Source: Anaeromyxobacteraceae bacterium
Lineage (GTDB): Bacteria; Myxococcota; Myxococcia; Myxococcales; Anaeromyxobacteraceae
Assembly (NCBI GenBank): GCA_032654565.1
Contig: JAULAX010000017.1
Coordinates: 672,001 to 736,000 of the forward strand
Reading direction: 5' to 3'
Length of the DNA: 64,000 bases
The translations under genes were made by a program, and so were the position numbers. The notes under the pieces are model-generated. The model searched no databases. It worked only from the letters and a program-made list of their open reading frames with translations, and was not told the DNA's origin. The first letter of the stretch is position 1. Every line of letters starts with the position of its first letter. Shown here piece after piece: positions 63,460 through 64,000 of the stretch.

Positions 63460-63573
63460 CGCTTCCCCTCCCCCGCTGCGCCCCGACTCCGTGTGCAGGG
63501 GAGACAGGACGGCCCGGGAAGTGTGACGCCCCGCCTTGCGGCCTGCCGACGGGCTCCGCTAACGTGCCCATCC

Positions 63574-64000
63574 GTGACGTCCCCGCCCTTCCGAACCCAC
63601 CACGCCGTCCTGCTCGCCCTGCTGGCCGGGGTGGTGGTGGCGGTGCTGGCCCCCGGACGGGTCCTGCGCCCGGAGCCGGCCGACGTCCTCCTCGCCCTCC
63701 AGGCCGCCCGCGGCCCCGCCCTGCCCCCGCCTGGGCGCGCCGGCGCCGCCAGCGCCTCGCCGGTGACCCGCTACGGCAAGGAGACCCTGGCCGACGTCAT
63801 CGACGGCGCCGCCGAGGCCTACCTGGCCCGCGGCTTCACCGCCGCCGCCTTCGCCACCTACACCTTCGACCGGGCCGGCGCCGCTCCGGTGGAGGTGGCG
63901 GCCGAGGCCCACCGCTTCCAGACCGAGGCCGGCGCCGAGGCCCAGGCGCTGGCCGAGCGCCCCCCCCGCGCCACCGCGGTGGCCGGGCTCACGGCGGCCA
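63574..64000 (+). CDS. Exported hypothetical protein (DUF6599-like), truncated by the window end
   Basis: GTG at 63574; hydrophobic leader; TRYGKETLADVIDGAAEAYLARGF; frame open to the window end. Confidence 0.6.
   Translation, partial: MTSPPFRTHHAVLLALLAGVVVAVLAPGRVLRPEPADVLLALQAARGPALPPPGRAGAASASPVTRYGKETLADVIDGAAEAYLARGFTAAAFATYTFDRAGAAPVEVAAEAHRFQTEAGAEAQALAERPPRATAVAGLTAA

Overview
A very GC-rich bacterial chromosomal window whose gene content suggests Myxococcota (Anaeromyxobacter-like); this taxonomy is inferred, not searched. It holds about 53 CDSs, mostly metabolic or housekeeping: class I fumarase, PepD, GlnRS-YqeY fusion, a system II cytochrome c maturation operon, DAHP synthase, RF3, a decaheme OmcA/MtrC-type cytochrome, a CoA-disulfide reductase/rhodanese pair, a fadN-fadA-fadE operon with a sigma54 promoter facing a PrpR-like activator, phosphofructokinase, and a purine uptake/salvage cluster. 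Three features stand out. (1) At 43631-46274 there is an HUH/Y1 (RAYT/TnpA-REP-like) nuclease gene with a sigma54-type promoter and a 13-copy ATGTCCGGCACC array. It is bracketed by a 115-bp duplication of the host ABC-binding-protein gene end plus terminator, and preceded by a second cassette of the same architecture carrying a different cargo gene. (2) A 588-aa protein with recognisable but highly divergent GlpX (FBPase class II) motifs lies head-to-head with a phosphofructokinase. (3) A 181-bp TA-bounded MITE sits at the gpt stop codon. No rRNA, tRNA or CRISPR array was recognised. All family assignments come from motif recognition by eye; no database search was run.
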